64,000 nucleotides of DNA, from the NCBI GenBank assembly GCA_052327205.1, contig CM126204.1:124062001-124126000 (forward strand), written 5' to 3'. The notes under the pieces were generated by a model. The model was given only the letters and a program-made list of their open reading frames with translations. It ran no database searches and was not told the DNA's origin. Below, piece by piece: positions 37,469 through 50,148 of this stretch (position 1 is the first letter of the stretch; each line of letters begins with the position of its first letter). This DNA comes from Somniosus microcephalus. Taxonomy: Eukaryota. Position numbers and translations under genes: made by a program.

Positions 37469-39973
37469 TGGGAGGGAGAGGCACCTTCACAATAAGCCTT
37501 TAAAGCTTTTTTTGAAATAACGTTAGGAAGCCTGCTCGCTGGCTTTCCACTTTTACAGAGTTAGCTATTCCGTTTGCACCTTATTGTATTCATGCACAAA
37601 ATTACGTAAGTTATGAATTCATCATACAATCTTATTCCCATATGTGAGAAAATACTTGGGTTCCTTGGGGTTGTTTAGTAATTTCTTGTGATCGGAAATG
37701 TCGCTGGTAATCAGACAACTCCAATGAGCAAAGCTGCCTGCCTGTATACAATACACAAGTACAGAGCGCTGTTTCTCCCCATTCCACAGCCATGGGGGTG
37801 GGCAGTAATACTGCGACCGCCTGCTCACGGTACTGGTAGGTGCTAGGTGCAGTGCAGTAAACTGGGGCATAAAAGGAATGGTTTGAGTCACGCGGTATGC
37901 CAGGCTTATAGCCTAAGAGGTCTGGCAATATTCTGTGGTTGCTCTTAAAATCATTACTTTTGGCAGACATTAAGACTTTATTTAGCACCCTAAATGTATG
38001 TTAGTCCACTATTATTATGGGGCTTTGTTTTAATTTAAAATTTGATTTACCCATACATGTTAAAGTATCGGGAATTTTTTAATTAATCTATGTGGAAAAA
38101 AATGCTGCCTGACTCAATTCTAATTATGGTGGCACGTTTGTGGGGAGATGTATCTAAATTCTGAACTTGTAAATCCTCTATAAAGCATCAGTCCCGCAAG
38201 AACCTCCAGCATGTACAGAGCTGCTGAGCCTGTTTGTTGTCTGCAGCGGATTTTGCATGGGAGGGGGTTGGTGCTGTTTGCAATGGCGCATTCTTGTGTT
38301 GCTTATGAAGATTCACATGGTAACGGTTGATGTGCATTGTTGGATTTATCTGAATGCAACAGCCGTGTGAGTTTAACGTGAAAGCCTAGGGCAGTGGTGG
38401 GGGCTAAATCCGAGTAGATTGCACACTCTGTTTGGGAAGTAGAGAGGGGGCTGTTTCATTACTTTAGTGGCTTTGGATATTGAAGCTGGTGTCCGATTTC
38501 CCTGGACTATGGTTTGTTCAGGTATCTCTGTCAGCAACTACTCGTCCTTTCTCATTGTTTACTTTCTTAATGAGCTGGGCGGAGCCGATCGCCTGCTGAT
38601 TGACAGCTACAAGCTGCTGGTGTGGGGCGGCCAGCGAGACCTGCTCAGCCAGCCCTCAAACCCTTTACCCCTCAAACCCTCTCCTCCCACAACCTGCGGA
38701 CAAGGGCATTTGGGCAATTCGACAGTCGCCTTTCTCAAAAATTAAGAATGACGAATTGTTAAAACGCATACATTTAAATAATCTAGATTAAAATTGAACC
38801 ATAAGTTTTTTAAATCTGCAGCCTTCATTGGTCTTTGAACTGGAAGTTAGTTGGCTAAATTGATCAAATCTACGTTGAGAATTGCTAATTTACTATGTAC
38901 CTGTCTCAATGTGCTGGCTTTCTGTTTTCCCTTAAGTAGATGCATGTTATATACACTCTTATTTAAAGGTATGCTGTGCTGTTTGTTGCGTTACACAAAA
39001 TACCAATCTTAAAAGTTACTTAAAACCATTTTGAACTTGTATTTTTAAAAAGTTGTTTGCTAAGAATGTGCTGAAATCCGAGTTGTGTTCTTTATGCAGT
39101 GGAGTTTCTGGCGCCTCTTGCATATTAAGCCTGATATGAACGGATTGAACCACGCGTTTGACAATTTAGTTAATTCTTGATGGGCAGGGGATAGTAAATC
39201 TGTAGAATACTATTGATAACATTTGAGCCCGCCCGGTGATGCATTTCTCTGGTGAAGTGGTTGTAAAGTATACGCCGTGCTGAAGAATGCAGCAACTCAC
39301 TTTGCTGGAGTTTTGCTGTTCTCTGTTTATACACAGCGCATGCAATGTTCTGTAATAAGCAGAGTTTGTTTACCTTTTAAAGGATTGAATATTTGGGATA
39401 TATTTGGTGTTTTGGGATCAAAATGTCACTGGCGCACACACCAAAAGAGAAACTAATGCCGTTTGTACCAGAAATAAATAACGACGTCCCCTGCGCCTCT
39501 TTCTGCTGACAGGTAATGCAGCGGTAAAGCCAACTGAAAGAATGCAGAAAGCCGAAACTAAATGTTGGGCTACACTGTGGCACCAAACCCCGAATAAAGT
39601 CATCGTTCCTCTCACCAACGTAACGTGGTCATTCTAACCTGTGGCGAGAATGGGTTATGTAACCAGCACGCTGTGATTAAAACATAACGCTGTTAATGAA
39701 GGTATTTGTTGTGTATAATCGCAAAACTCGTGAAATAATCGATTGAATCAACTTGGAAAGTTTGAATGTATGAAAATGCCCAGTTCCAAATTGTTTGAAC
39801 TGTAATGGCAGATGATTGCCAATGTCTGCTTGATGCTTTCAAAACCAACTATCATTTCTAAATACTACTTGGTTTACACTTGGAGTTTCGGGTAATACTG
39901 AGAGTTTAAGCAGAAAACAAAAAAGTACTCCTAGCAAACAGAGAATAAATGTACTGTATACTTGTGTTTTCAG

Positions 39974-40088
39974 ACTGGCAGAAAACAGAAGCACAGAAGC
40001 GACGTGAACAGCTCTTGCTCGATGAACTAGTTATTCTAGTTAACAAACGGGATGCACTTGTCCGAGATTTGGATGCCCAGGAAAAACA
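39974..40088 (+). CDS. EHBP1: EHBP1 coding exon: (D)WQKTEAQKRREQLLLDELVILVNKRDALVRDLDAQEK(Q)
   Basis: TTTTCAG acceptor, GTAAGT donor, 115 bp, in phase. Confidence 0.97.
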
Positions 40089-40190
40089 GTAAGTATTCCA
40101 CTGGGAAAGGAAACTCTTCCATCTCCATACTGGCTTAAAACTTTTCTCATTGTTTAAGTATACTGACCGGCTGTGTACCGATATATACAA

Positions 40191-40329
40191 TCATATCAAA
40201 TCTTGTAGTTTCTGAATTTTGTATAGTCATATCAAATCTTGTAGTTTCTGAATTTTGTATAGTCATATCAAATCTTGTAGTTTCTGAATTTTGTATAGTC
40301 ATATCAAATCTTGTAGTTTCTGAATTTTG
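40191..40329. repeat. Perfect minisatellite, 36-bp unit x ~3.9, in the last EHBP1 intron
   Basis: TCATATCAAATCTTGTAGTTTCTGAATTTTGTATAG at 40191, 40227, 40263 and 40299 (partial); no spacers. Confidence 0.97.
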
Positions 40330-40440
40330 AAATATAGTTTGATGGTGTTGATTATTAGATTCTTAATGTATAACAACGATCCAACCATCTCCATGGAATT
40401 AGTGTGTCGATTTGCTGATGCTATCTGTTTCTGTTTACAG

Positions 40441-40531
40441 GGCAGAAGAAGAAGATGAACACTTGGAACGAACTCTCGAACAAAGCAAAGGCAAAATTGT
40501 CAAGAAAGAAGATAAATGTGTACTTCAGTGA
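40441..40531 (+). CDS. EHBP1: EHBP1 terminal coding exon: AEEEDEHLERTLEQSKGKIVKKEDKCVLQ*
   Basis: TTTACAG acceptor; ends in the CaaX prenylation motif CVLQ and TGA at 40529-40531. Confidence 0.97.
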
Positions 40532-41980
40532 GATGCACAAAAAGTGACCCCACATAGAAAACTGTTATTGTCATATTTTAATAAAACATATGCGATGGAA
40601 TTTGAATGATACAATATCATATGTAGGGTTGTAAACTGTGTAATGTTTTATGTTGACAGCATTTAATCCTCCTAATGCCGTACATCCGTGTATTTGGCTG
40701 CATTCGTTTTTATGAAATTGTATTTTGTAAAAAAAAATGCTGAGTGTAATTGTTTTATTTGTATCAGTGGCATTTAATCTCTATCCGATATAGTTTGGAG
40801 AATTCTTACTTCTGTACCGAGGGGAAAAAACACCAAATTGTTACAAATGTAGCAGGATTGTTACTAGCATTTTTTGTTCATACTGGGTTTAGTTTTCATG
40901 TTACTTTACATCGTACAGGACTGATTGGCTTTCCGATTGATTTTTAATCAGTTTTCAAATACTGTCGCCCAGAAAGGAAGGGTTAGGGGTAACCGTCACC
41001 TGCTTTCTCCATGTGGACTGGATTTTAAAGCAAAATCATGTGATGCAGAATGATATTAAAGCAGAGCCAGACTCTACAGGTTTACATTGGAAGTTGAACA
41101 AATTGACCGCCAAGTTCATTTTTTTTTTCAAAAGTACTTAGGATTGTAATTTTCATTAAGCTGCTTCACTTTTTATAATTATAGAAAAATATTTAAAAAT
41201 CGGAATGTTGAGGCTTGCTAGTGCTGCATTTCAAATATTTGGTTTTATTTTCATTGAGGAATTGGGCGTTTCATTTGCCCTGTAAAGTCTGTTGAAATCT
41301 CTCTTTCTATAAATAGTAAGCTTATACAGACCGGCCATGTTGTAAATGATGTTGTCTGAAGCTAGTTTTAGTTTGAACTCTTAAAAGGGCTGATAAACCT
41401 GCACCAGTTAGTGAAACTGACTCTCTGGTGTTTAATTGATGTTTATTTATTACCCCGAACAACACAATCTGATTGCGTGAGCTGCAGGTATTTTGCTGAA
41501 CCTTCTTTCCTGGGTTCTGAGATCGTTGTTATTTGTACTCTGAAAAGAAAGGATTTATTTAGGAGCTCAAAATTATGTTCAGTGTAAACTCCTGCATAAA
41601 TCTGAAGTCAGCTGCAGCTGCTGTTTGTGGGAAGAAACATTTCTGTTTATTTATTCCAGGATCATCCACGAGTCCTCAATAAAAACTCAACTTTTAAGTG
41701 TTTCATGTCGAAAAAGATTGTTGTTGGTGTTTTACCCTCATAACTTTCACACAAGGCTCCAACCTTGCGCTCTGTATATTATTGTGCGTATAAGAGTTTT
41801 ATTTGTACATAGTTTGTTACCAAACAGAACAGTTCCTAAGGGGGTTTCCCTCTGAAATAGCTGGCTTTATTGGAACACAATTTACTTTAAATGGGACCCA
41901 TTTAATGCGTTACTGAAGTTGAAAGCTGCGTCCTTCATTTTCTGTTGAACCAATAAACTTAAGTTTTAACAATTATACAT
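40532..41980 (+). other. EHBP1: EHBP1 3' UTR (end uncertain)
   Basis: AT-rich; AATAAA at 40580, 41678 and 41952. Which signal is used cannot be told from sequence. Confidence 0.5.
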
Positions 41981-44900
41981 CAGCAATTACATTTTGGTTG
42001 GTAAAGGTCAAGGTTTCGATTTAATTATAAACAAATACAATCTCTCTGAAATGTCGGCAGATTTACACGGCAGATAAAGCTGAAAACCCGGTGCTTATAG
42101 CCAGTAATCTCTTGCGGTAAATAACGCTCTCATCATGCACCAGTTTGCTGTTAACTCGTTCATGACCATTCCACTCTCAGCAATAAGAAATATTTGACAC
42201 CATTGGTTCAAAAAAAAACTCGGGGAAAAAAAGGTCACAAGTCCAAATCTAAAGTGCATCTTTGATCGAAATTAAAAATAAAAACGTGAATTTAGTTTTC
42301 TAGCACTACCTGAATGCCTAAACTCTGGAATCTGTTCTTTTCGTTGTATCTTTTAACTCAACGTATCCTACAGATTTCCATCAGTCAGCCATTATACATG
42401 TAAACGAATTCAACCACAACCACTGGATTTATATTATGCTTTTTAGACTTTGGATATCAATGGCAATTGATCTTGTGTTAACATTTTAAATTGCACTAGA
42501 GCATTATTCTTTACCTTTAAAGCAACTAAGCCCATTTTATGTTTCTTTGAAATAAGGCTAATAAAATGTTCTAAAATATGCTGTACACGTTGGTTGGTAA
42601 TGGCTGATTTCCGTATAATCGATTCTAAATGAGGGTGGAATAATACCTCGATCATCTATTCCTATTCACACAAGCTGCCGAAGTGGACCAGGAGATTGAG
42701 CAAACGCGCGAACCACCACCCAACCGCAGCATTAAAGCTTAAAGTTTTAATAAAGTTCTTTATTGCTGCAAAATAATATATACTGCCATTTCAGTTTGAG
42801 ACCCATTCTATAGATAACTTAGAACATGCCACCACTAATCCCATCAGATCAGTTAGAGGTTACAGTCGTGAGCTTGTTTATTTTATATCCGTGCGTATAT
42901 TTCTGAATTATATTACAATCTTCCCTCGCGTTTTATCGACACAAAATACTTGGGATTGTGATGTTTAACTTTGATACCATTCTCAGGTGAGGTTGACTGT
43001 TATTGCACCAACATTGATGCCCCCGTCAATAGAAGGAAATAGCCTCCCATCGTGTATAATATTGTTTGAAGCACCTCAATTCAATTGCCAACGTTTTAAG
43101 CCTCGAAACGTAAATGTTTCAAGGTCTTTTATGCGGAACACGTCATCTGTGTAATACACTGATTATTTCATAAACCTCAGATATGTAATTCCTAAGTTTG
43201 AGGCGGTGTAATATGCTGCCTACCTCCTAAGGCTCATGTTGATGGTATATTTTTAATTTGGGTTAATGTAGGCCATTCATTCCTAGGAGGGAGATTAGAA
43301 AAACAATTTTCTAGGGAACATCTGTTTACACACACAGCCTTTTGCAATGGCTTGATTAGGAGCTTGACTAATGACACCAGAATGCAGGCTCATCACAGCC
43401 GCCTTCTCCATGATTAAATAGTGGAAATAAGTTTTGACGGCTGACGTCCACTCTGGCCTTCTTAATATTTTAAAATTAATTTGCTAATATGGTCTCAGTT
43501 TGTGCTATCTAGTTTTACAGGACAGCTCTTGCCCATCGGGAGCTGGGATCGCTCGCGCTCTATTTTATAGGACGAATACAGTTTTGAAACAGGCTCGTAT
43601 TTCAGACCATGCAAAAGCAGGTTTTTGGTTACTAAACGCAAACTAAATAAGCTGCATACGTTCTGCTTGCACCGTTTAGTATTAGTGCAGGTTTGTAGCA
43701 TTGCTGTAAATAGAAATCTAGAGTAAGTCCAATATATCAGCACTGTACTAAAGAGTGTCTCCATGTTTCGTAGGAAAGTACAAGTTATGAACTAAAACAG
43801 GCAATAAATCCTCATACTGTAAAGATGAAATGTGCACTTTAACTGCACTGCGATATCAGAAATATGTTGCTAACATAACAATGCAGTTATCACCTGTGCC
43901 ACATAAGAATCGGATAGGCGCCATTTATTCAAGCATCTTAACGGCTTCCAGTTATATAGTTAGGTGGTGTAAATAATGCTATACTGAAAAATTCCTAAAT
44001 CATTATAACATTACTACTCCATCTGTAATATAAAAATTACTTGCAATTAATGGTAGCCATGTTTTCAGTTCTTACCTGTTTAGCTCCTGGATGCACATAG
44101 TTACAAGTAGATTCTACAAACACTCTCGAAACGGCTGAAACAAAGCTCGGACACGCAGTTTTAAAACTTTTCGGTCCTTCACCTGCTGAATTAGGAGTTG
44201 ATGAAGGGGTTTAGTCGCGATCGAGACTGGGGAAGTCTCTTGTGAATTATTACATCTGGGCTCTTTGAAGTGCTTAAATGTAGCTCTAGGTGCTGATCAC
44301 TGGGATTCCAATCCCCCCTTTCACGGACGCAGTTACACAATCCTTGATATGATTTCCTTCTCTGTGTAAAGCAAATTAAACCAAGTGTGGCCGTTACAAT
44401 CTGCTGGAGAATTTATCCTGAAACCAGCTCGCATTGCCGCTCGAGTGCCACATTTGCCCATATTTTATTTATTTTTGTCTGTGTGAGGATCAGCAGTGTT
44501 CGGAATCCTGCCACAATCTTCTGACTTTAACCTTTGAAGGAACAAGAGACAAAACTTTTTTTTCTCCCCTGCCTCAATCCAAGGCTTCAGTCTCGGCTTT
44601 AAGAAAATTCGCCTGCAATTTCGGATTAGACAAATACTCTTATTACAAAGGTTAGTGCCACTTGATACCTTGATACTTAACACAGGCTTGATCAGCTCAT
44701 CTTAAACAGAGACTTCACAGAATAAAAACAGCCAGTAAATCCCTGGTATTGCTATGGAGGTATACTCGATTGTGCTTCACCGACCAAATTAGCATTATGT
44801 TTTGTTTGCTTATTGCCAGCTTAAAACCAGGATTCAAAAAAATGTACATCTTAAAATATTATTCAAACGGCCCAGCTGGGCAGTGCAGTCGTATTCCCGA

Positions 44901-46599
44901 AGGTTTCCATACAGTACTACAAATCTAGTGTTATAAATTAGAAAGGATTGGATGATTAGTACAAGTTTCCGCAAATATCACAGCAAAATATAACCTTGTT
45001 ATCAATAACTATAACAATAGATGCATAATCATGTATAAACAATAGCAGTCCAACCCAAAACTGTGCAGTCTGTATGCATAATGAAGTAACAATGGCCATG
45101 TGGGTTGTGATCTTATTTTTTTTCCGAAGGTATTAGCTTTTTTTTACGTTTAGCAAATACTAATGTTAATCCCGAACAATTTCTAATTATTTCGAATGGT
45201 TGGTTGCATCCTTCTTGCTCATGGTAACGAGATCTTATTATCATGGAAATTGTCTGCTTCAATGTAAAATTATCTTCCTTGAAGTTTTCACTTTTCAAAC
45301 AGAGCAAAAACCAAAACAAAAAAAACTTCTTGAAAAGTGCATTATTTGGTGAGTTGGCGCTGAATTGACCGCGCTTCTTTTGTTATAAAAGGTGCTGGTG
45401 TCGATGACTTTAGTGAACTATAGGGAAAGTCTTGTAAGACCTCCCTTTGATGAGCTGGTTCCATATAGTAAAAAATGTAATTTCGTCGTCTGGCGGCCGG
45501 TTTCTTTGAACATTAGCTCGCTTTCAGCTCCCGCTTCAATTAGAATGAGTTGATTTTCTGCGAACAACAAAAGGGTGACCAAAGGCTTATTAAAGGTCTT
45601 CAGAAGAACTCACCGAACCTTTCAAAAACAGTTAAGGAAACACTGTGCCCTCCATGATATTCTGTTACCGTATTTTATTTGTTCACTAAAGAAAAGTGAC
45701 GCTTGAAAAGTGGTTTCTTTGATACCCAGCGACCGACAGTACTTGTCTAATTCATTTATTTTCCGCGTCGGCGTATTTTTTCTTTTGAAATTTCGATTAA
45801 AGGCAGTCCCATTAAACTTTACGCTGACTATTCCGAAATGTAATTCTAAGTGGGGATTAGGCCGTCATCAATATTCATGAGAACGTACAATTCCGAACAA
45901 AACAAAAAAATCTCAACACATATTTCTAGGGGTAATTATTTCGCAAGTAAGAATCGAACTTGGCGAAAAGAAAATCAACACATGTTTAATATCGGTTCCT
46001 TTTAGAGATTAGGAAGGCCCGTACCTTTAAAAAGAGAGAGAAGAGATAATCGTTTAATTTGTGGCTAACATTCGTTTAAACGTAAACCAAGTTTAACATG
46101 CAGTCTGCTGAAACATTTAAAGCGTACAGGGAGAACCTACCATGATGCCGATGTCTCAATGGACATTAATACATTGGCTTTATTTAATGTAGTGTACACC
46201 ATGAAGCTCACAACGAAAATTACATGTACAACATGCACAACTATTTAAACACAGTTAGCTTCGCCCAGTTATTCCAGCCCAGAATCTCTATTTGTACACT
46301 TCTTCTATAAATTTCACCAGATAAATAAAAATGCTGGATAGGTGGCAATTACACAGATATGGGATGACAGAAAACATACTCTCATTAATGTCTGAACTTT
46401 TCAGTCTCACAACAATGTGCTAGTTTAGTGCCTAGACTTCCATAACAATAAATACCTGCAGTATTTAACTACTGCTCAGTAATATTTCTTCATTAATAAC
46501 TTAGCTTGGTGTATAGAAATTGCTAGTTTAGTGGATTTCCCTGGTAGAAGGATGTGTGTGCTGACCAATTTCAACTGACCTTTTTACCAAGCTCTGGAA

Positions 46600-46804
46600 G
46601 GAGTGTATCACGCCTCTGGGAAAGTAGTGCGCTGGCGTCACCGGGCGATGCGCTGTCAGTCATGGGCAGGGCGCTGGGCGATTGGTCGGCGCCTGCACTG
46701 CGTCAGGCGGTTCCGCCAGGCTCGCGCTCACATAGAGAAGGCTGCGCCGGAGCGCGGTGATCAATCTCCATCAGTCTCCATTTACACCGCCAGCAGACAG
46801 CCAG
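46600..46804 (+). promoter_or_regulatory. OTX1: OTX1 promoter / candidate first non-coding exon
   Basis: Local CpG/GC peak, reverse CCAAT box (ATTGG 46681), CGTCA half-sites, no TATA box; weak donor CAG|GTACAA after 46804. Confidence 0.6.
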
Positions 46805-46990
46805 GTACAAACACACACTCTCAAACTTTCCAGCTTACTTTCGCTCTTAACTCATTTCAGCCGCGTCACGCTTGACTTCATCAACCACTCTCCGGCGCTT
46901 CCAAGTTTCTAACTTTACTACTTGTTTTGTGAAGGGGCGATTACTTTGCCCATCCGCCCCAGCCTAATTTTGTGTCATGTTGTGTTACAG

Positions 46991-47060
46991 GCCAGAGAAG
47001 TGGCTCCTGCTCTCATTTACTGAGTTTATTTGTGTCCAACCGTGTGAAAAAGCTACGCAG
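46991..47060 (+). other. OTX1: Candidate OTX1 5' non-coding exon
   Basis: TGTGTTACAG acceptor and strong CAG|GTGAGT donor; mammalian OTX1 has 5' non-coding exons. Confidence 0.55.
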
Positions 47061-47490
47061 GTGAGTGTGAGACTAGCTGCATTTATGGGAAGTGTATTTG
47101 AGTTGAGACGATCAGTAAGTTTCTTTTATTAAAAAGGAAGCAGTTTGGAGGTGTGGCAGTTTTAAAATCAAATGCATTTTGTTGTGGTTTGTTGCTAAAG
47201 TACAACCGTTTCTGGCGCTGTTTAATTGTGAATGAGTTATTTTTCTTGTCATAGTATTTCTAAATGTTTATATTTGTGCTATATTAAGTAAAGCAATGTA
47301 TAGCTGTTAGCTGCGTCCAAAGTATGTGGATCGTCTAATTTGCTTCATTTTTCTCACGGAAATTTACAATTGTAGTGTCCAAGGGTCGAATAAAAGCCTT
47401 GAATCCACTTACCGGCTAATTGGAGAGGCGTGTTTTCGCTTTTTGTTAATTTATTTTGCTGATAAGGTTTCCCTTTAAATTGTCTCCCCC

Positions 47491-48076
47491 GAGGTCTAGT
47501 CTAAATTGTAATTGACTTAATTTGCACCCAGCGATCGCCTTTTAAATGAGCGCACGGTTTTATCTGGGTCCTGTGGAGGTGAAAATTTGGTTTAGGACAC
47601 TGTTGATTGCGAATAACTGCAGTTTTGGCTGCCGGTTAATTTTCTCTGCAAGTGCTCTGATGTTATCGTTACTGTTTTGAGTGTGTATTCGATTAAAATG
47701 CCCACACTGAATATTCAGATTGATCTAATTGTTTTTTTAATTGGAAGCTAGTTTTTTGGGGGGGAAAGCAAGCTTGATATTTTTTGTCGACTTTATATGT
47801 AACTTCTATTATACACAACAGGTTTTAGGATGTGATTGTAACAAATTTAACATTATTAAACGCCAGGTAAAAGTGGTCCCGCAGGTTTCTAAACACTAAG
47901 TTGTCTGTTCGATTATATCACTGATTATCGAAGAGTTTAGTCAAGGAAACCAAAACAAAAAATTGTCACTTTAGTTCATCCTTTCGTACTCAGTGATATT
48001 TTACTTTGATTCCAGAGGTCTAGTCTTAATTGCAATTGATTTTAATTTGCACACCGCAATCGCCTTTTAAATGAGC
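47491..48076. repeat. Dispersed direct repeat of ~61 bp (47491-47551 and 48015-48076)
   Basis: GAGGTCTAGTCT..AATTG.AATTGA.TTAATTTGCAC..GC.ATCGCCTTTTAAATGAGC in both copies. Confidence 0.9.
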
Positions 48077-49538
48077 TGATGTATATCCAATCCTCCCGAG
48101 GAAAGATTAAAAGACTATCAGAACTTCACTGTAGGACAAGCTCGATGTATTTGAATTGTCACTTTTCTCCAGTTTTATCATGAGCCAAGTCACCAGTTGG
48201 AATCGTCACTTTAATCTTCTAACCGCCATTACTGTACAATTCGCCTAATTACAAGGTACATACGCAACTTGATAAAAACAAGACATTTTAGGATGGATGA
48301 AGTTTAAAAAAAAAAAAAAAAATCAGATACTGTGAAGTAGAGGAAGATTAAAATCCCTCGAACGAGTGCCTGTAATTAAGGAACGTGCGCCTGTAGGATT
48401 ATCTCATTAGTTCATCAGGACACATCTACAATAATGAATTCTTAATCACATGAATGATTCCTTTAATCGCCAGACATACGCCGGTTGCAATTGTGGAGAA
48501 CATTCAACTCCAAAAAGTTATACTGGTGATGGAGTGGACTGGCGGCTGCAAAGTTCGAGCTCCCGCTGCCCCCCCTCATACTTGGTTTTATCCCCATAAA
48601 TGCTTTACATTTTTTAACAAGGCTACAGAAGTGAGTCAGAGTTGGTGGACTATTTAAATTTGGAGTTCTACCTCGCGGTGTAAAAGGAAGATACGTTTTG
48701 GGGGCCAGTGCTTGGTCTAACATTTTTGGGAACCTTTTCAGTATTCACTCCACAATAGTTATAAAACTAAGTTTTTGGAACATTTTTCTTGCCTTAATCC
48801 AGGAACCAGTACTTTAATTGTGGCCTAGTGGTGCCTGATACAAATAATGTTAGTGATTTTATGGATCTTGTTGACCAAGTTCCATGTCCCACTCTGCGGA
48901 AAATGACCAACATTTGTGCTGAGTCCCCGAAACCCTACCGCCATTTTGGATTCGCTAATCTTTTAGACCATTTCCACTTTACCAGAACAGTAAACTGTTG
49001 AATCCAAAATCGACATCCTCCTGTAAGGAATAACTTGAGGCTCCGGCCAATTTTTTTTTTTTTAAACGCTGGAGTAGAAACGGCCAATTTTTCCAATCCT
49101 TGTGGATGCTCATTAAATGTTAATTTCAAAAAAAGTTAATTTCAATGCAGATTTATTGCAGGGCAGATGAGATTAATATTTAGATCTGTTCACTGCATGA
49201 TTGCTGACTCTCAAGCCGAACAATGATTAAATGTTTCTGAACTATCCCGTGTTCTGTAATTAACACAAATCTATTAAATTGCGGTTTTCTGCCCACCTGT
49301 ACCTCGGACACGTCAGTCACGGCCATTCATGTTTTCCATACTGAAATGCAATGACTTATTTGACTCTAAAGCATTCTATCCTCTGATTATAACGGGCCTT
49401 AGTAAAATATGTAAAAAAATATTTTTTTTAGCGAACACGAAAGCTGACGAGGATCGGACTTGGGGACCATCCGAACTGCAACCGGAAACTAGATTTTAAG
49501 TTTTGAAGATTTGGAGAGCAGATTGTACAGTTTTTAGC

Positions 49539-49635
49539 ATGATGTCATACCTCAAACAGCCTCCCTATGGCATGAACGGCCTGAGCTTGACCGCACCTGG
49601 CATGGATTTGCTGCACCCGTCAGTCGGGTACCCAG
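49539..49635 (+). CDS. OTX1: OTX1 first coding exon: [32 protein letters not shown]
   Basis: Canonical Otx N-terminus, 97 coding bp, CAG|GTAAAG donor; likely exon acceptor TTTTTTTTAG at 49431. Confidence 0.97.
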
Positions 49636-49941
49636 GTAAAGGCAGCCACGCGCACAGACCACTCCAATATTTAAATGTTTAATATCAAGTTGCAATCTTA
49701 ACGATGCAGAACATTTCGTCAAATATTGTAAACTTGGAGGCTTTTTATTTAGAATTGTAAAGTTTGGATTCAATAGCAACCTTGTAACTTACACAGTAAT
49801 CTTGGTGCATAACTTTATAATGCGGTTTTGGTGGGGTTATATTCTCAGTATACGGGGAATGGGGACTAATTACCGGGGTATTTACCTTTTTTATAACGAA
49901 AGCAAATAGTTGTGGAAGATTGAACTCGTCAATCTTTCTAA

Positions 49942-50148
<207 letters not shown>

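Noticed and set aside
39906-40190. 94-aa minus-strand ORF
   Set aside because: Antisense shadow of an EHBP1 exon.
40191-40329. 36-bp repeats resembling CRISPR repeat length
   Set aside because: Units are contiguous with no spacers, lie in a vertebrate intron, and there are no cas genes.
49444-49476. Hammerhead-like CTGACGA-GGAT..ATCC-GAAC in the OTX1 5' UTR
   Set aside because: GAAC instead of GAAA, and no convincing stems I/III or NUH site; probably chance.
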